Positions 39,220 to 52,449 of a DNA stretch of 64,000 bases are shown piece by piece. The position numbers and the translations under genes are program-made. The notes below the pieces were generated by a model. It saw only the letters and a list, made by a program, of their open reading frames with translations, had not been told where the DNA came from and did no database searches. The DNA comes from Epiperipatus broadwayi (lineage: Eukaryota; Animalia; Onychophora). The DNA lies in assembly GCA_028023455.1 (NCBI GenBank), contig JAQFVV010000008.1, forward strand, positions 5,518,001 through 5,582,000. Direction: 5' to 3'. Each line of letters starts with the position of its first letter. Position 1 is the first letter of the stretch.

Positions 39220-40015
39220 GTTGATAATTAATTAATAATTGTGTGTTATATTTTTCATTCAAAATTTTAAACAACGATAATTTAGAAATCAATATGGTGA
39301 CAAAGTCATCACATGATCAGAAAAGCCTGCGCCAATGTTACTAGTTCAAAGTCCAAAGTTCAGTCAAATAAACAGTAATCTTATTTTTATTTTTTTATTT
39401 CCGATTTTTGTTTGGAAAAAAAAAAGAAAATTCAGTTTCAAGTTCCCAGGAAGCAGTTCATTTGCTCACAAACAAGTTAACAAGATGCGTTTTTTATATT
39501 TAAAATGTATTCAAAATCTTAGGTTAGTAGAAGAAAAAAAACTACCTTCATATACTTTTTTCAATTTCCAATCAGTTGATAACTTATAATTTTGTTACAT
39601 TTTAATTCAAATTTTCATTTAAAATCTAGTTACTTAACGATAATTTTTTTTAAGAAAGCCATCACATGACTAATGTCTGTCGATTATAATACCAGCGCAA
39701 TGTTTCAAAATCCAAAGGTCATTCAAACATATGCTTCTTATTTTTAATGTTATTATAGTAAATTTTGATATTTGTTTAGTAATAAAAAGTCTATTTCAAG
39801 TTTCCCAGAAATCAGTTCACTTCCTCACTAGCAAGTTAACAAGCTCTGTTTTTTTTTTTATGCTTATAAAGTACCTTAGGATAACAAGTTTAAAAAAAAC
39901 TAACATTATATACTTTTTTCAATTTCAAATCAACTGATCATTTTTTCCTGTTTTGTGTTATATTTTTCATTCACAATTTAAATCAAGTTACTAATGATAA
40001 TTTCCAAAAAACATG
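39220..40015. repeat. Degenerate ~355-bp tandem repeat (~2.2 copies)
   Basis: AAAG(T/C)CATCACATGA at about 39302 and 39656. CAAGTTAACAAG and TATACTTTTTTCAATTTC recur at the same spacing. TGTGTTATATTTTTCATTCA at 39242 and 39954. Confidence 0.8.
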
Positions 40016-40509
40016 ACATTTCCATGCCAAGCCTAATCACCTAACCAGATTTCACCATGTCTCTCTATGTCTAAACCTTCTATCTATGAATTCCATTCTT
40101 AAACTACATCAGCCTCACCGCTAACACATCTAGCCCCAGATCCAGAGTCTGATTACCCTACCACAAACTCCAATTCATCAATTGCAAACAATTCTAACAC
40201 AGTTGTACCACCAGCCTCTTTTGGAAATTTGGACCCTCTACCCATAAATCTCATGCTTAAATCTCATCAAAAGCCTTATCTAATCTCTATCTCTAACACA
40301 GCTAGATCTAGAGTCTGACCAATCTATAGAAATTGCAACTACTTCTAATATAGCTGTATCTCCACCCCCCTCTGAAATTCTCAACTATTCAAATGCACTA
40401 GAAAAGAGGCATAGCATAGTTAACAAAACCTATTTACCAATTATGAAAACAAATCCTACCATGCCTTCTAACCATACAAACCTTGTGTAAATCAATAAAT
40501 GTTCTAATT

Positions 40510-40980
40510 CATGTAATCTTGTGTAAATCAATAAATCAACTTTTACATATGTAAATACAAATTGCTAATGTAACCACAGCAATCCAATCCTATATAAACC
40601 TTTTGTAACTAATCCATTGCTTGTAAAAATTCCTCCAGTCATGAGAAAAATCAATAAATCAACTTTTACATATGTAAATCTACAGTTATAAATTGCGTAT
40701 ATAACCACAGCAATCCAAGTTATGTAAAACCTTTGTAACTAATCCACAATATGTAAAAATTCTTGTAATCTTGTGTGAATCAATAAATCAACTTTTACAT
40801 ATATAAATCTACATCTATGGATTGCCTATGTAACCACAGCAATCCAGCTATGTAAAACTCTTGTTATTAATCTGCAGGATGTAAATCTCATGTAAATCAA
40901 CTTTTACGTACGTGCACCTACAACTACAGATTGCCCATGTATACCACAGCAATCCAAGCTATATAAAGCCCTTGTAACTT
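40510..40980. repeat. ~125-bp minisatellite, 4 copies
   Basis: AATCAATAAATCAACTTTTACATAT...AACCACAGCAATCCA units anchored at 40526, 40649 and 40778, plus a shorter fourth unit near 40895. Confidence 0.9.
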
Positions 40981-42269
40981 TCTTAGATAAATAAAGCTTA
41001 TCATTTATAACAACAACATTAATAATAATAATGTATATATGCACTTGGCAATTTTTTTTAAAGTGTTTTTATTGTTTATGCATTTGTATTCTAAACTTTA
41101 TTTTGCAATCAACTTTTGCAAAAATATGACTTTTTTATATTGAATATTATTAATATTAATGTACATTGATTTTTTAAAACAACTTTTTAAAAATAAAAAT
41201 AAAGTTTAAATATAGTTTAAAATGCTCTTGTTTTATATTTAATATGAAATATAGTTATACAGAACAGTCTTAAATATTCAACACAGAACAAATACCTCTC
41301 CAGATTTTTCCATAGAAAATAGAGGAAAAAAAGAATACTCGTAATGTATTTTATTTCTCTATCTAATTACTGGCCAACAAATATATGTCTAACCACTAAA
41401 AAAAAAATGTCAAGTCTACTGTGAAAATTCTCAACTATCTAAAAAATTTCTACATCCCATCTGGGTTCCAACTCTATATTAAGAATATTGTAAGCAAACA
41501 CATGAACCACTAAAACAACATTAATGTTAATGCAAACAAGAATATCACTTGTCATTCTCATGTTTATACATATGCTTCCAAGACTTCCCCATATTCCAGG
41601 TTATACACTGTAATGTTAGATAATCAATAGACAACAAATGATATAGTTATAAAATTATCAGTTCCTGAGCTTTTACCTTTATTAATGAAGACTAAGATTC
41701 AAAGTAGAAACTAATATACATTTGTATCTAATATCTACTTTTACTATTTTATATTATATAAACTAATATCCTAAAATTTAAAAAACTCTAAATTTTAAAT
41801 CCAGACTAGCTTATTATATGCATAATTTACAAATCTAACACGAGGTCAGTTTTTTTTTTTGCATTTTAGAGAGATCAGTTTTATAACAACTGTATATCCC
41901 ACTTATCTTTTGAGTATAAATGTTGATACCAGCAAAAATATCAAATGTCAGTTTCAATTGTTGTTTTAAGTGTGCAGTTTCTATTATTGAGTCTTTGGAT
42001 TCAATTATACTAAAAGTATTACAATAAATACAGAAAACTTACATTAATAAAAATTGAATAAGATGGATAGTGTATAATTCAAAATGAAATTTTTTTAATA
42101 TATCGTGAGAATAAAAATGTAATCTTTTATTCTGGATGATAATGATTAGAGTCAAAATTATTTTAAATTGTCAGCATGATAATAATAAAATAGAGATCTT
42201 GTATGGGGAAATTTTAAAAAAGGCTAAATAATATTTACTTGACCAACATCAACATGGGCAGGATGATAA

Positions 42270-42590
42270 TCTTGGCAACTAAGGTGGGCTTTGAACGTTC
42301 CATCATATTTCAATGAAATGGATCACTGAAGAGTTATTGGTTGGAGTAGTTTGAAGCCTGGCCATTAAAGTATGAAGATTGGCTATCTTAATATAAAACT
42401 GAGCACTGATTGTATATATGTGTGGAGATAGTAATCTGGACCAACTGATGATATGCTGGTTTAGCATGAAATATGTATATTGGTGATTATTTATCTTTTC
42501 TGCATGTGTGTAATCAGGTGAGTCAGCAATATGAGATGGCAAGGAGAGTTGAGGGTCATGTGAAAATCTGAGTATAAATCCCTTATATAT
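42270..42590 (+). mobile_element. Family B hammerhead-bearing element
   Basis: Aligns with the copies at 54.75-54.92, 61.9-62.1 and 63.7-64.0 kb. Contains the hammerhead at 42430-42490. Confidence 0.8.
42430..42491 (+). ncRNA. Type I hammerhead ribozyme (family B), intact core
   Basis: AGTAATC..CCAA-CTGATGA (42445-51)-T-ATGCT(GGTTT)AGCAT-GAAA (42468-71)-TA-TG-TA-TA|TTGG-T-GATTATT. Predicted AUA cleavage after 42479. Confidence 0.8.
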
Positions 42591-44688
42591 TAGAACCTTA
42601 TGTTAGAGCAAAAGATAAAAAAAAAAAAAAGATTGTATGAGAATCTAGTTTCGAGGAAGAAATATAAGAAGAGAAAAATGATAATCCTTTGTAAAGAAAA
42701 TTTTATAATAAATATCAGATTTAAAAATTATATAATAATTTATAACCAAAACTCTATATAATAGAAATTATTTCAATTAGACTTTAGTCAACTGATTCAA
42801 CCTGCTATTGTCTAAAGACAATAAGTGCCTCAGAGACAATAAATGCCTCGGAGTTGTTGTTAGAAACACTGTAAATAAGAAAAACTGTAGATCATCTGAT
42901 GTGCGATTTAATCGATTAATTAGTTTATTTAATGTTAAATTTAGAAAAAATCCCAATAAAAGAGAGGGATAATGTGATAGATGATTTATTTGACATTTTT
43001 CGTTTTTGATTCAATTTTTATCATGTTTATTAATGCTGGTGGTTATTTTTTAGAATTTCAGTGGCTTTTCTGGTTTTTTCTCGAAATGTATATCACATCT
43101 TTGTAAGATTTTAGTATTGTCAAAGTTTATATCATGGTAAGTGAATATGCAAAATATACTGAGCGAATGCAATCTTGTAGTATTAATTCAATAATTGTTT
43201 GTATTTCATATGAAATCTTACAAATCCCAGAAAATTTTTTATAGAAGATATGAGTCTTATGAGGAATTGATTTCTGAGTTTTGACAAAATATTGCTAGTG
43301 TTTTTATTGATAATGAAAACTTTTTTTAATATTGTAGGGCTTTATAATATGCAGAGTTCAAATACTTGTTACATAAGAAACAAAAACTCTAATTTTAAAT
43401 ATCTTATTTTTAAATAGTATTGCAGCTATAGTGGACATCTTTGTTTATAGTTTTAACAGAACATTTGTTTAATGCCAAGACAACATAAATAAAATTAAAT
43501 TTTATTTGCAATCAAATTGTTTTTTGAATAAAGAGATGAGAAAAAGCTTTCAAATATTTGTGAGTGAATATGTGAGTTAAAAACATGTCATATTTTTTTT
43601 AAACAAAGCGTCAAAAAACATTAAATATCTCTCATTTTTTGTTTTCATAGTAAAGTTAATATCTGGGTAAAGATTACTGATGGAAATAGTATTGATATAT
43701 CTAAATCCCACAGAATATTAGTTAAATTCTTTATTCTAAGTTTGAATTTGAATATTTTTTCCTCATATCATCTTATTTTAATACTTGCTGTAGCAAAATT
43801 CCTTTTTACAAGGGAATTTCTACTGAACTAAAAAAAATAATTGATTTTATCTTTGATATCTTGATATTAAATAAATATAATATGCAAAGTATGATCAAAG
43901 CTAACAACAACAGCATTAAAAATAAATATAGATCATTTTCAAGTTAAGATTTTAGTTCCTTAGATCATTAAAATATTGGTCATGTTCTAAAGCATTACAA
44001 TATTAAAACCATTTATTTAAACCAAAGGATTCAATTCTTCTTGAAGTCATTATTATCTATAAAGTCTCTTCAAAAGTTTAAAGACTTCTTATGCTTGTAT
44101 GAGCAATCTTTACATCATTTTTAGAATAGATATAAAGATGAATTCAGTGAAATGATAATTATCATTGATCATCAATCATTCTACCTATTACAGATATGTT
44201 AGGCTTAAAATGGTGCTAGAATTAATATTTTATAAATATACAACCCACACTACCAATGAACAAGATCATTAAATTTTTTTGAAAAGAGTCAACTGTTTTA
44301 ATAAACATAATGAATTGATAAATCAATATGATTTTTTTTTACAAAATGCCAATAAAAAACAAAAAATGTTAAATTAATTGTCCACTATTCCCAGACCAAA
44401 TCCATTTTAAAATAACTTTTTTAAAAATTTCATATAGATTGAGTTAAATCATGCTACAGACTCTCTACAATCTATTTTTAACACCATCTGTTTAAAAATA
44501 ACTATTAATATCTTCTATCCTCTATATGGTAGCAGGTCAAATATAATTAAAATATGGTGTTATAATAGTAGTAACAGTTCAATTACTCTCACAGAAACAC
44601 CAAAACATTTTATCTACATATTTGCCTGAAAGTTTGTGATGATGGTATGTTAGATGTGACAATATGTTGGAGGATTTCCATGATCTAT

Positions 44689-45071
44689 CATTAAATGTTG
44701 AATGCATAGAAAAATTTAAACTTTAATTAAACTTCTCAAATAAAAACAACTTTTTAGTAATAACATGAACATAGATGACACAGGTTAATAATCATGTAAG
44801 GTTTCGATTAGTAGTATTCGTCACTCTTCATCAGGTATTGTTGGACTGACCAATGATAATATTAGTTGCTAAATGCATAAGTGTGATTCCTATGCTAATA
44901 TTGTCACTAATCAGATCCAGCAATACCTAAAGAAGAGTGGAGAATAATACTATTCAAAACCTTGTTAATTAATAATTTGTGCTGTCTATTTGTATGTTAT
45001 TATTAATAAGTTGTTTGTATTTGAGAAGTTTAAATGAAGCTTAAAATTATCTATACATTAAACACTTAATA
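44689..45071. mobile_element. Family C: old ~175-bp inverted arms with a decayed hammerhead core
   Basis: Arms 44689-44865 and 44895-45071 align by eye. The minus arm has CAATAC-CTGATGA-AGAGT...TC-GAAAC (core 44828-44834); the plus arm has CAATAC-CTAAAGA-AGAGT...TC-AAAAC. Confidence 0.65.
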
Positions 45072-45992
45072 CTAAATAATGGAAATAGATCAATGTATTA
45101 TCACATTTTATCTACATGTTTCATCTATGAAAACATTCATAAGAATAAAAAAATATGAATAAGTAGCTTATAGATAAATATAACATGGAGATGACATATT
45201 TAAAAATAAATGCCAAGAAAAGTACAGTAGCTGTAAGAATGAGACTTAAATACCTGCTAAAGCAGGAAAAAAATTGGTAATAATTTGCTGATTTGGTGAC
45301 TTTAACAGCCACTGTATATATTGGATAATTAGACGATCAAGTTAGCACTGGTTAATCATTACATGTAATTTTCTCATTTCTAAATTTCATTTAATAAAAC
45401 TTCTTAATCCCAACCAGTAAATATTCATTTTAATCTGTGCCCAGATATGTCAGGATTTTTGAGCATTTGTTGAATTGTTAAAAACTAGAAAATTTATCAA
45501 AAAATTAAGTACATATTATGCACAATACAAAGAATATAATAGGCAAATTTTACAATTCAATGACCAAAGAAAAACATTGTGAAATAATTTTGTTTTCTCC
45601 TGAAAAACAGCACTACAATTGTTAGCTTTTAAAAATAATTGTTATAAGTGTAGTGGATGCTTTCGAAAACTGATATACATTTATTAATATGATGTAATTT
45701 GTAAGGAAGAATCTTGGAATAAGATTATTTAAAATCTGTGAAGTTAAATCTACTTCATAATTGTAATTTATACATTATCTTCAAATCTAGTTATTCTTAT
45801 GATTTTTCAATACTTAAATAAAAATATTATTTTTAATGGTAGAAATAATGACTGATTAATATTAAACCAGAAAGTTGAGCATTATAAAATAACTAATATT
45901 TTGAATGGCTTTAACTAGTATTTAAATTTAAGATTTCACATGCATAATCTTTTAGTTTGTTGTATTTTCACTTGATTTGGTGCATTACATAT

Positions 45993-46393
45993 TAGTCAAC
46001 AACTTAAAACAGGAAAAACTCTCCATACAGTATTGCCACTCAGTGCAAGGCAGAATAATCAATATATGTCATAAGGCTTGTGCATAAAATCCCCATCTAG
46101 TGCCTACTCATCCAATATCCCCAAACTAGTTTCTGGCTTGCGACATTTATCAGTGAGGAGCCTTGGATCTAAGAGTACTGCATTTAGATCTTAGGATCTA
46201 ATGCAACCCTCCAGCAGCCACCTTTTATCTCTACTTAACTACAAACTATTGAAAACACTATATTTTCATTGATTAGTCTGACTTGCACTGAGTGGCAATA
46301 TTGTATGGAGAGTTTTACTTGTTTTAATAACAGTTATAATCAAGCATAAGAAAATGGTGATCATGTTATATTTATTGGCTAGTCAACAACTTA
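45993..46393 (+). mobile_element. Family A locus A3 (inverted arm, sense arm, tail)
   Basis: 14-bp TSD TAGTCAACAACTTA at 45993-46006 and 46380-46393. The left arm starts at TTAAAACAGG, as in A1 and A2. Decayed hammerhead on the minus strand at about 46110-46169. Confidence 0.88.
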
Positions 46394-46914
46394 TAAGTGA
46401 ACTAAGCATTACATCTTCAATAGCTTAACCAAGCAATGAGTATTGTTTGAACTAATCATTTCTAATTATTTGCATTTAGTTTTTTTCTTTTTCTAGAAAA
46501 TTTTTGAAATAATTATTTAATTATTTAATAGTAATAGTGGTTCTACATTTTTTAGATAGAAAAAAAATTATGCATTGCTTGCAGTTATTTTACAATGTTT
46601 CTTAAAATTATTTTACCTTTTTAATTCTTTTAGGCAGTACTTATTGAAAAATGTTGCATGCTTGAATCCAATAAAATAGCTTTCATAATATTTACCATTA
46701 TCTCTAACATTATCTCCAATATTTCAATTTTTATTTTTTATTTTGTCTTCATTTTTGCTATATTTCTTTGGTTTCCTCTATTATTATTTACTGGGTTCTT
46801 TGAATTCTTATTTTGGAAATTTCTAAAGTTTCTTTTGCTTTTATTGAGGTTTTTTTAATTGTATCTCAAGATCTTTTAATTTCTTGTCTTAGCAATTAAA
46901 AATATGCCACCCTG

Positions 46915-46980
46915 TGCAGTTTTTCATGATTGGTAGAGCGTCCAATTTGGGATTAGGAGTCCCAGAATCAATTCTGATGC
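46915..46980 (+). other. Degenerate tRNA-like sequence (SINE head or tRNA relic)
   Basis: A-box-like TGGTAGAGCG at 46931-40 and a decayed B-box-like GAATCAATTCT at about 46965-75 with tRNA spacing. No intact cloverleaf. Confidence 0.3.
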
Positions 46981-48156
46981 TCACTGGTCTGACACTTGAA
47001 CTTCTTATAAACTCCTGAACAATGATGATTTTTTTAGAGTATGCCAATATGCAATATTGTTCTAATATATATCATTGTTGTAATTTTTTATTGTAATAAT
47101 TTATCATGATATAATAATTTAACTGATATTAAAATTCTAAAAGTACTCAAATATTAACAATTCTTCATAAATAAAAAAATACATTATTTTTTATAAAAAA
47201 AACTTATTAAGGATTAATAAATGTTAAAAGACATCTATATTTAAGAATATATCATTAGACCTATTTAAAAAGTTACTTCACTCTTTTTCTATTTTTACAG
47301 TGAAAAATGCTAGTAAAAAAAATTAATACTCTATTATATTACCTTTGATAAATAACTGATCTCCTAAGCAGCATTTGAAAGTATATGAGAGGTTGATATT
47401 TTGAGACAATATAAAAAACAATCCATACTGCCCAGTTAGTTGACTTTGCCAATCTTTAAATCCCAACTGTTAGGTTACCAATAGCTTTTTCCTTAATATC
47501 ATTAAAATAGATATTCTTTATATATTGTCAATTATAATATTAAGTTATATTCATTACATTGTTCTTTTCTGCCTTATTCTGATAAATGGAATCATGAGGC
47601 TAATTTAGATGATTAATAATTTAGGGACTTGAATGAGTACCAATGAGAGCAGGAAATAAGTGATTAAATCAAATAAGCAGGGATATAATGAGAAATTTCA
47701 TGAAAAAAAATATGCTCTTTCTGAGGAATAATTTGTTAAACTATTCTAGGAAGATAATCATTATCATTTTCCTTCAGTTTAAAATATATTTTAAAGAAGT
47801 AATCCAGAATGAAATTAATCTAGTAATAAAAATGAGAACAATGTATTTTAGATAGACAAATGGACACTAATGTTTGAAATTATGATTAATGTTGCAGAAT
47901 AAATGTAATGGGTCATAATCTGCAAATAATTAAATCACCTGATAATCTGTAAAATAATTATGATCACAACTGAATTTATTATTCCTAATAATGAAAGAAT
48001 AAACATTAGTAGCAAAGATTTCAAGTTAATATTCTGGAGACTCAGTAGCCTAATTCATTAAAATTAAAATATATATAAAAAATGGTATAATATTTTAGAC
48101 TATCTAACAATTCACTACATGATCATGGATGTTTTATGCAATCAGCCAGTCAACAC

Positions 48157-48542
<386 letters not shown>

Positions 48543-49494
48543 TATTATTTTCAGGCCTACAATGTTCAAATGTCCTATCTTTAATGCTACTTTTTAGACA
48601 AATAGTGTTTAATTATATTTCAATAATACTTGGTAATATTATTTGGATAGAATAACAGTTATATATTGCTTTAACTTCTCAAAAATAGTTTCAGAAATAT
48701 GCTCTATCTTGTTGTTGCATGATTTAATATATCTCTGGTTTCACATTTACTCTATTTGTTATAAGATGTTTAATGATCTTATTTTAATTATGATTTTAAT
48801 TATCAAAGACTAAAAACTCTAATTCTTAGTACTATACAAGATATAACCAAAAGAGAAAAATTTCATAGAATATAATTGATACAAAGCTATTTGTATTTAA
48901 TGAGCTTATTAAGACAACATTGGAAAGCTATGAAAAAAGAAAGCATTAAAATATCTAAGAGTGCTAATCCCATGGTTTTATATGATGATAATGATAATGA
49001 AAACTAATTGAAAGATATTTATATTTATGGCATAACTTTAAGCAACCCTTCTTTGAAAGAAAATATTCTCATGCTTATTGGTCAGAATTTGTTCAATTTC
49101 TATTTTAAAATATAAATTGCTTATTGTACATCATAACCATCTATACAAACAAATTAATAAACATACTAAAATATATATATATATAAAAAAAAAAAAAAGG
49201 GAAATTTTTTTTAATGGTTGTCTTTTAATAGTGAGTTTTTATCATTATGAAGTAATCTTATTGAGCAGTTTCTTTCAAATCACAAACATTATCATTATGT
49301 TTATGCATACACTAACTATAATTTTATTTCTTCTGGTATATATGTTTATACTATAAGCTAATTTATTTCATTCATTTAATAATTCATTAGTTTGTACTAT
49401 CAAATTTAGTTAATACAAACATAAATATAATAGTAATGACTTCTAGTTGTCCAAAAAGCTGTAGTATAATTTTTTTTTTTTTAAATAAATCTTA

Positions 49495-51297
49495 ATCTGA
49501 AATGGATATTAAATCATTCAAGCAAAATAAAGCTAGATCATATTTTGATTAACAGAAAATAAATGATTAACAAAAAATATTTATTTCAAGACTAATATGC
49601 TGAATAAATTCAGTATCTAAGTTAGTGAAATGTAATATAAAAATAAAATTAATGCAAATTATAAACACAGTGTTATTAATTAATATCCCTTATCTTCAGA
49701 AATACTTCAATAAATTTAAACTAGAATTTAAAATTTTAAAAAAAATATTAATGAACAATGAAATGGTAATTAATAAATTTTCTATTAAATTAAGGTAGGT
49801 AGGTATATATAAAAAATAGTACAAATATATTTTAAAATATTTTATTCAGAATTGACTATCTGGAAATTCTGTAAAATAATATGAAAAAAGATAACGATGA
49901 ATTAAGAAAAGTTAAGCATGAAGGGTCAAAGAAAGCTGTAGAACAGAACAAGTCTCATATAACAATGTTCTGGTAATGGAAAAAAATGTTTAGCAATAAA
50001 AAGGCAGGAAAAACAAGAAAACAAAGTAGCTTTTGCAATTATGATTAATGTTTTTCAAAATGCTAAGTATTTTGAATAAAGAGGGGAGAAATGCAATTAA
50101 ACCTATGAAAAATCAAAAAGTACCAGAAAATAATAAATTATTATGAAGAGAAGTAGAAATTGTTGACAAAGAAGTATAAAATGATTGCCATTTAATAAAA
50201 ATTAAAAAATAATATAAATTCCTGCTTTATCTGAGAACTTTGATCTCAAACCAATAAAAAAAAGCAGTCCACATTTAAAAGTGGTTCTAGCACAGTAGAT
50301 CCCTGACATATTAATTAAAAGAACACAAGAATAGAGTTGTTATTATGTTTTAAATTTATAGATTATGAAAAGACATTTGATTTTATAAGTATTAAGTATT
50401 TTAATATTGATAAAGCTTTAGATCATCAATTCATAGAACCAACATTTTGTTGAATTTTAAATAGTATTTATCAAAATGCAATAGACTTATTTAACTACTT
50501 GGCGCGACTAAAAAGTTTAATATTGAATTTAATGCAAATGAGACCACTTTTCTGAAATATTTTACAAAAGTTTTATGGAAAATATTTTGCGGATTAAAAT
50601 GGCAAGCTAAGTGAATAAAAATAAATGGAAATTATTTTAAACTGTATAGATGTTTTAGATGATTAGAATGTTTTGGCAAATAATGTTTCAGAGTTTCTAA
50701 AATTGTTACAAGAGATAAGTATAAAAGCAAAAAAGTACGACTAAAGATCAGTGCTAAAAACATTAATGTTCAATGATTTCTTTGAAAAAAAAATAAAGAT
50801 CAATGAAAGTGAATTAGAATTTAACAATCATTAATACTTTGGAAACATAATGAATAAAAATAGTTACAGAATTAAACTTAGGTGGAGTGCTTTTGTTAGA
50901 GATAATTTAATATTAAAATAAAATGTGCTTATATGATTGTGTAACCTGAAAAGACTAGATTACAAAACTAAGTATCGGAGAAAGGTGTACTGAAAGTAAT
51001 AAAAAAATTTTTTTTAAAGAAGAGATCAAACAGATATTACTGACATCATTAAAATTAAGCAACTGAAATGGAGTTGATTTGGATATATGCAACATTTGAG
51101 CAAACAAAATCTTAAAATAAATCTCAAAAGATTGTAAAAAAAACCTAGAAAAAGAAAACGTATGAGTTAAAAGAATGATAAGGTAAAAAAAGTTTTGTCG
51201 AAATAATGTGGAGAGAAGAAATTATAGATTTTAGATGCCGAATTAAACTTGGATAGACTCTTTTGCAATGGACTGATAAACGTGATGAAGATGATGA
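49495..51297 (+). mobile_element. Heavily decayed RTE copy
   Basis: LDHILINR-like stretch at about 49530, GATTATGAAAAGACATTTGAT (DYEKxFD) at 50361, and the terminal GCAATGGACTGATAAACGTGATGAAGATGATGA. Colinear with the 28-kb element. Confidence 0.8.
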
Positions 51298-52120
51298 GTT
51301 CTTTAATAAATTCCAAAATGCTTTATTTTTATTACATTATTATCTAATTTCAATATATTTTCCCCTTCTATCCATTAATTTTTTTTAAACTTCAAAGGAA
51401 TTCTTTTCTTCTGGTATTTTTTTTTATTACGAACTTAATTTTAAATACAAATTTATTTATATATACATAAGGTATGTTTCTGGCAAAAAAAAAAAATGTA
51501 ATCTAAATATTAGCTTTTAATTTTAAATTTATCAACTTAGTAAAAAGAAAACGATTCGTTACAATATTTATTCAAGCAGACATACATGCTTTTCTTGCAA
51601 TATTCATTAATGTTTAGTTGTCTAGAATTCTCAAATTTAGCGTTCAAAAATTTCTTTTAAATTAAAAGTGTCACATTCTTTACGAATGTGAAAAAAAAAT
51701 CCTTTATATATCTATCCATGTATATCAGTTCATAAATGTCTCATTTATAAGATATATTTATATATAATTATGTGAATAAGATAAATAATACGCATTTGTA
51801 TAGAATAATTTTTAGTTGGATGATCCACATAATACTGGCATTATTCTAGTAATAATATTGTGTATTTTTTTTTTTTTTGCATACAGCACCAAAAGTGCAC
51901 TTTAGCCAAATAAATAGTAGATAAAAAAAAGAATAATCCACTTTGCCAGAAATATTAACGTACTTAATGCGGAACTATTACATATATATATATATAATAA
52001 AGTGTAAATAAAATTAATAATGTTAGATATACATATATATATATGTAACTTGTAATTGAATATTAATAAATAGCAAACGTAAAAATCATGGAATTGTGGG
52101 AAAGGTAGCCTTTAAAAGTG

Positions 52121-52161
52121 TTAGTTGGCAAAGACTAAGGGATAGTCGAAGGCGCTCCTAA
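52121..52161 (+). ncRNA. Decayed minimal hammerhead-like motif, possible U3-A8 type
   Basis: TTAG-TTGGCAA-A-GACTA(AGGGA)TAGTC-GAAG-GCGC-TC|CTAA: stems I and II pair, but there are two core mismatches (positions 6 and 15.1). Confidence 0.4.
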
Positions 52162-52310
52162 GTGAATAAAAGTTTTTTTTTTTTAAATTGTGCTTTATAT
52201 ATATCCAGGTTACTGTATTTATTAATATTCAATTATAAGATTATGTATATAACTTCGAAATACTGGCATCGAATAAGAATATCATTATATATATATATTA
52301 TTGTTTTTTG

Positions 52311-52442
52311 GGTTAAACCGTGTGTTATTTTCCATTATATGCCGATATTTCGACAATCTAGTATATTTATTAACCTTGACAATGGCAGATGCTAGTTCAT
52401 CGAATTATTGGTATGCAATGGAAAATAACACACGGCTTAACC
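52311..52442. repeat. 51-bp inverted arms (PLE-like architecture)
   Basis: GGTTAAACCGTGTGTTATTTTCCATT... (52311-52361) versus ...AATGGAAAATAACACACGGCTTAACC (52392-52442). Confidence 0.75.
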
Positions 52443-52449
52443 ACCAACT

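Noticed and set aside
42281-42585. Interpreting family B as a MITE from weak GGGATTTGAA..CAGATTTTCA similarity at both ends
   Set aside because: The similarity is inconsistent between copies. The 17-bp TSD, one-sided tail and hammerhead fit a PLE-type retroelement better.
43054-43136. Plus-strand exon candidate ending ATG|GTAAGT
   Set aside because: Two of three frames are closed and there is no supporting downstream exon.
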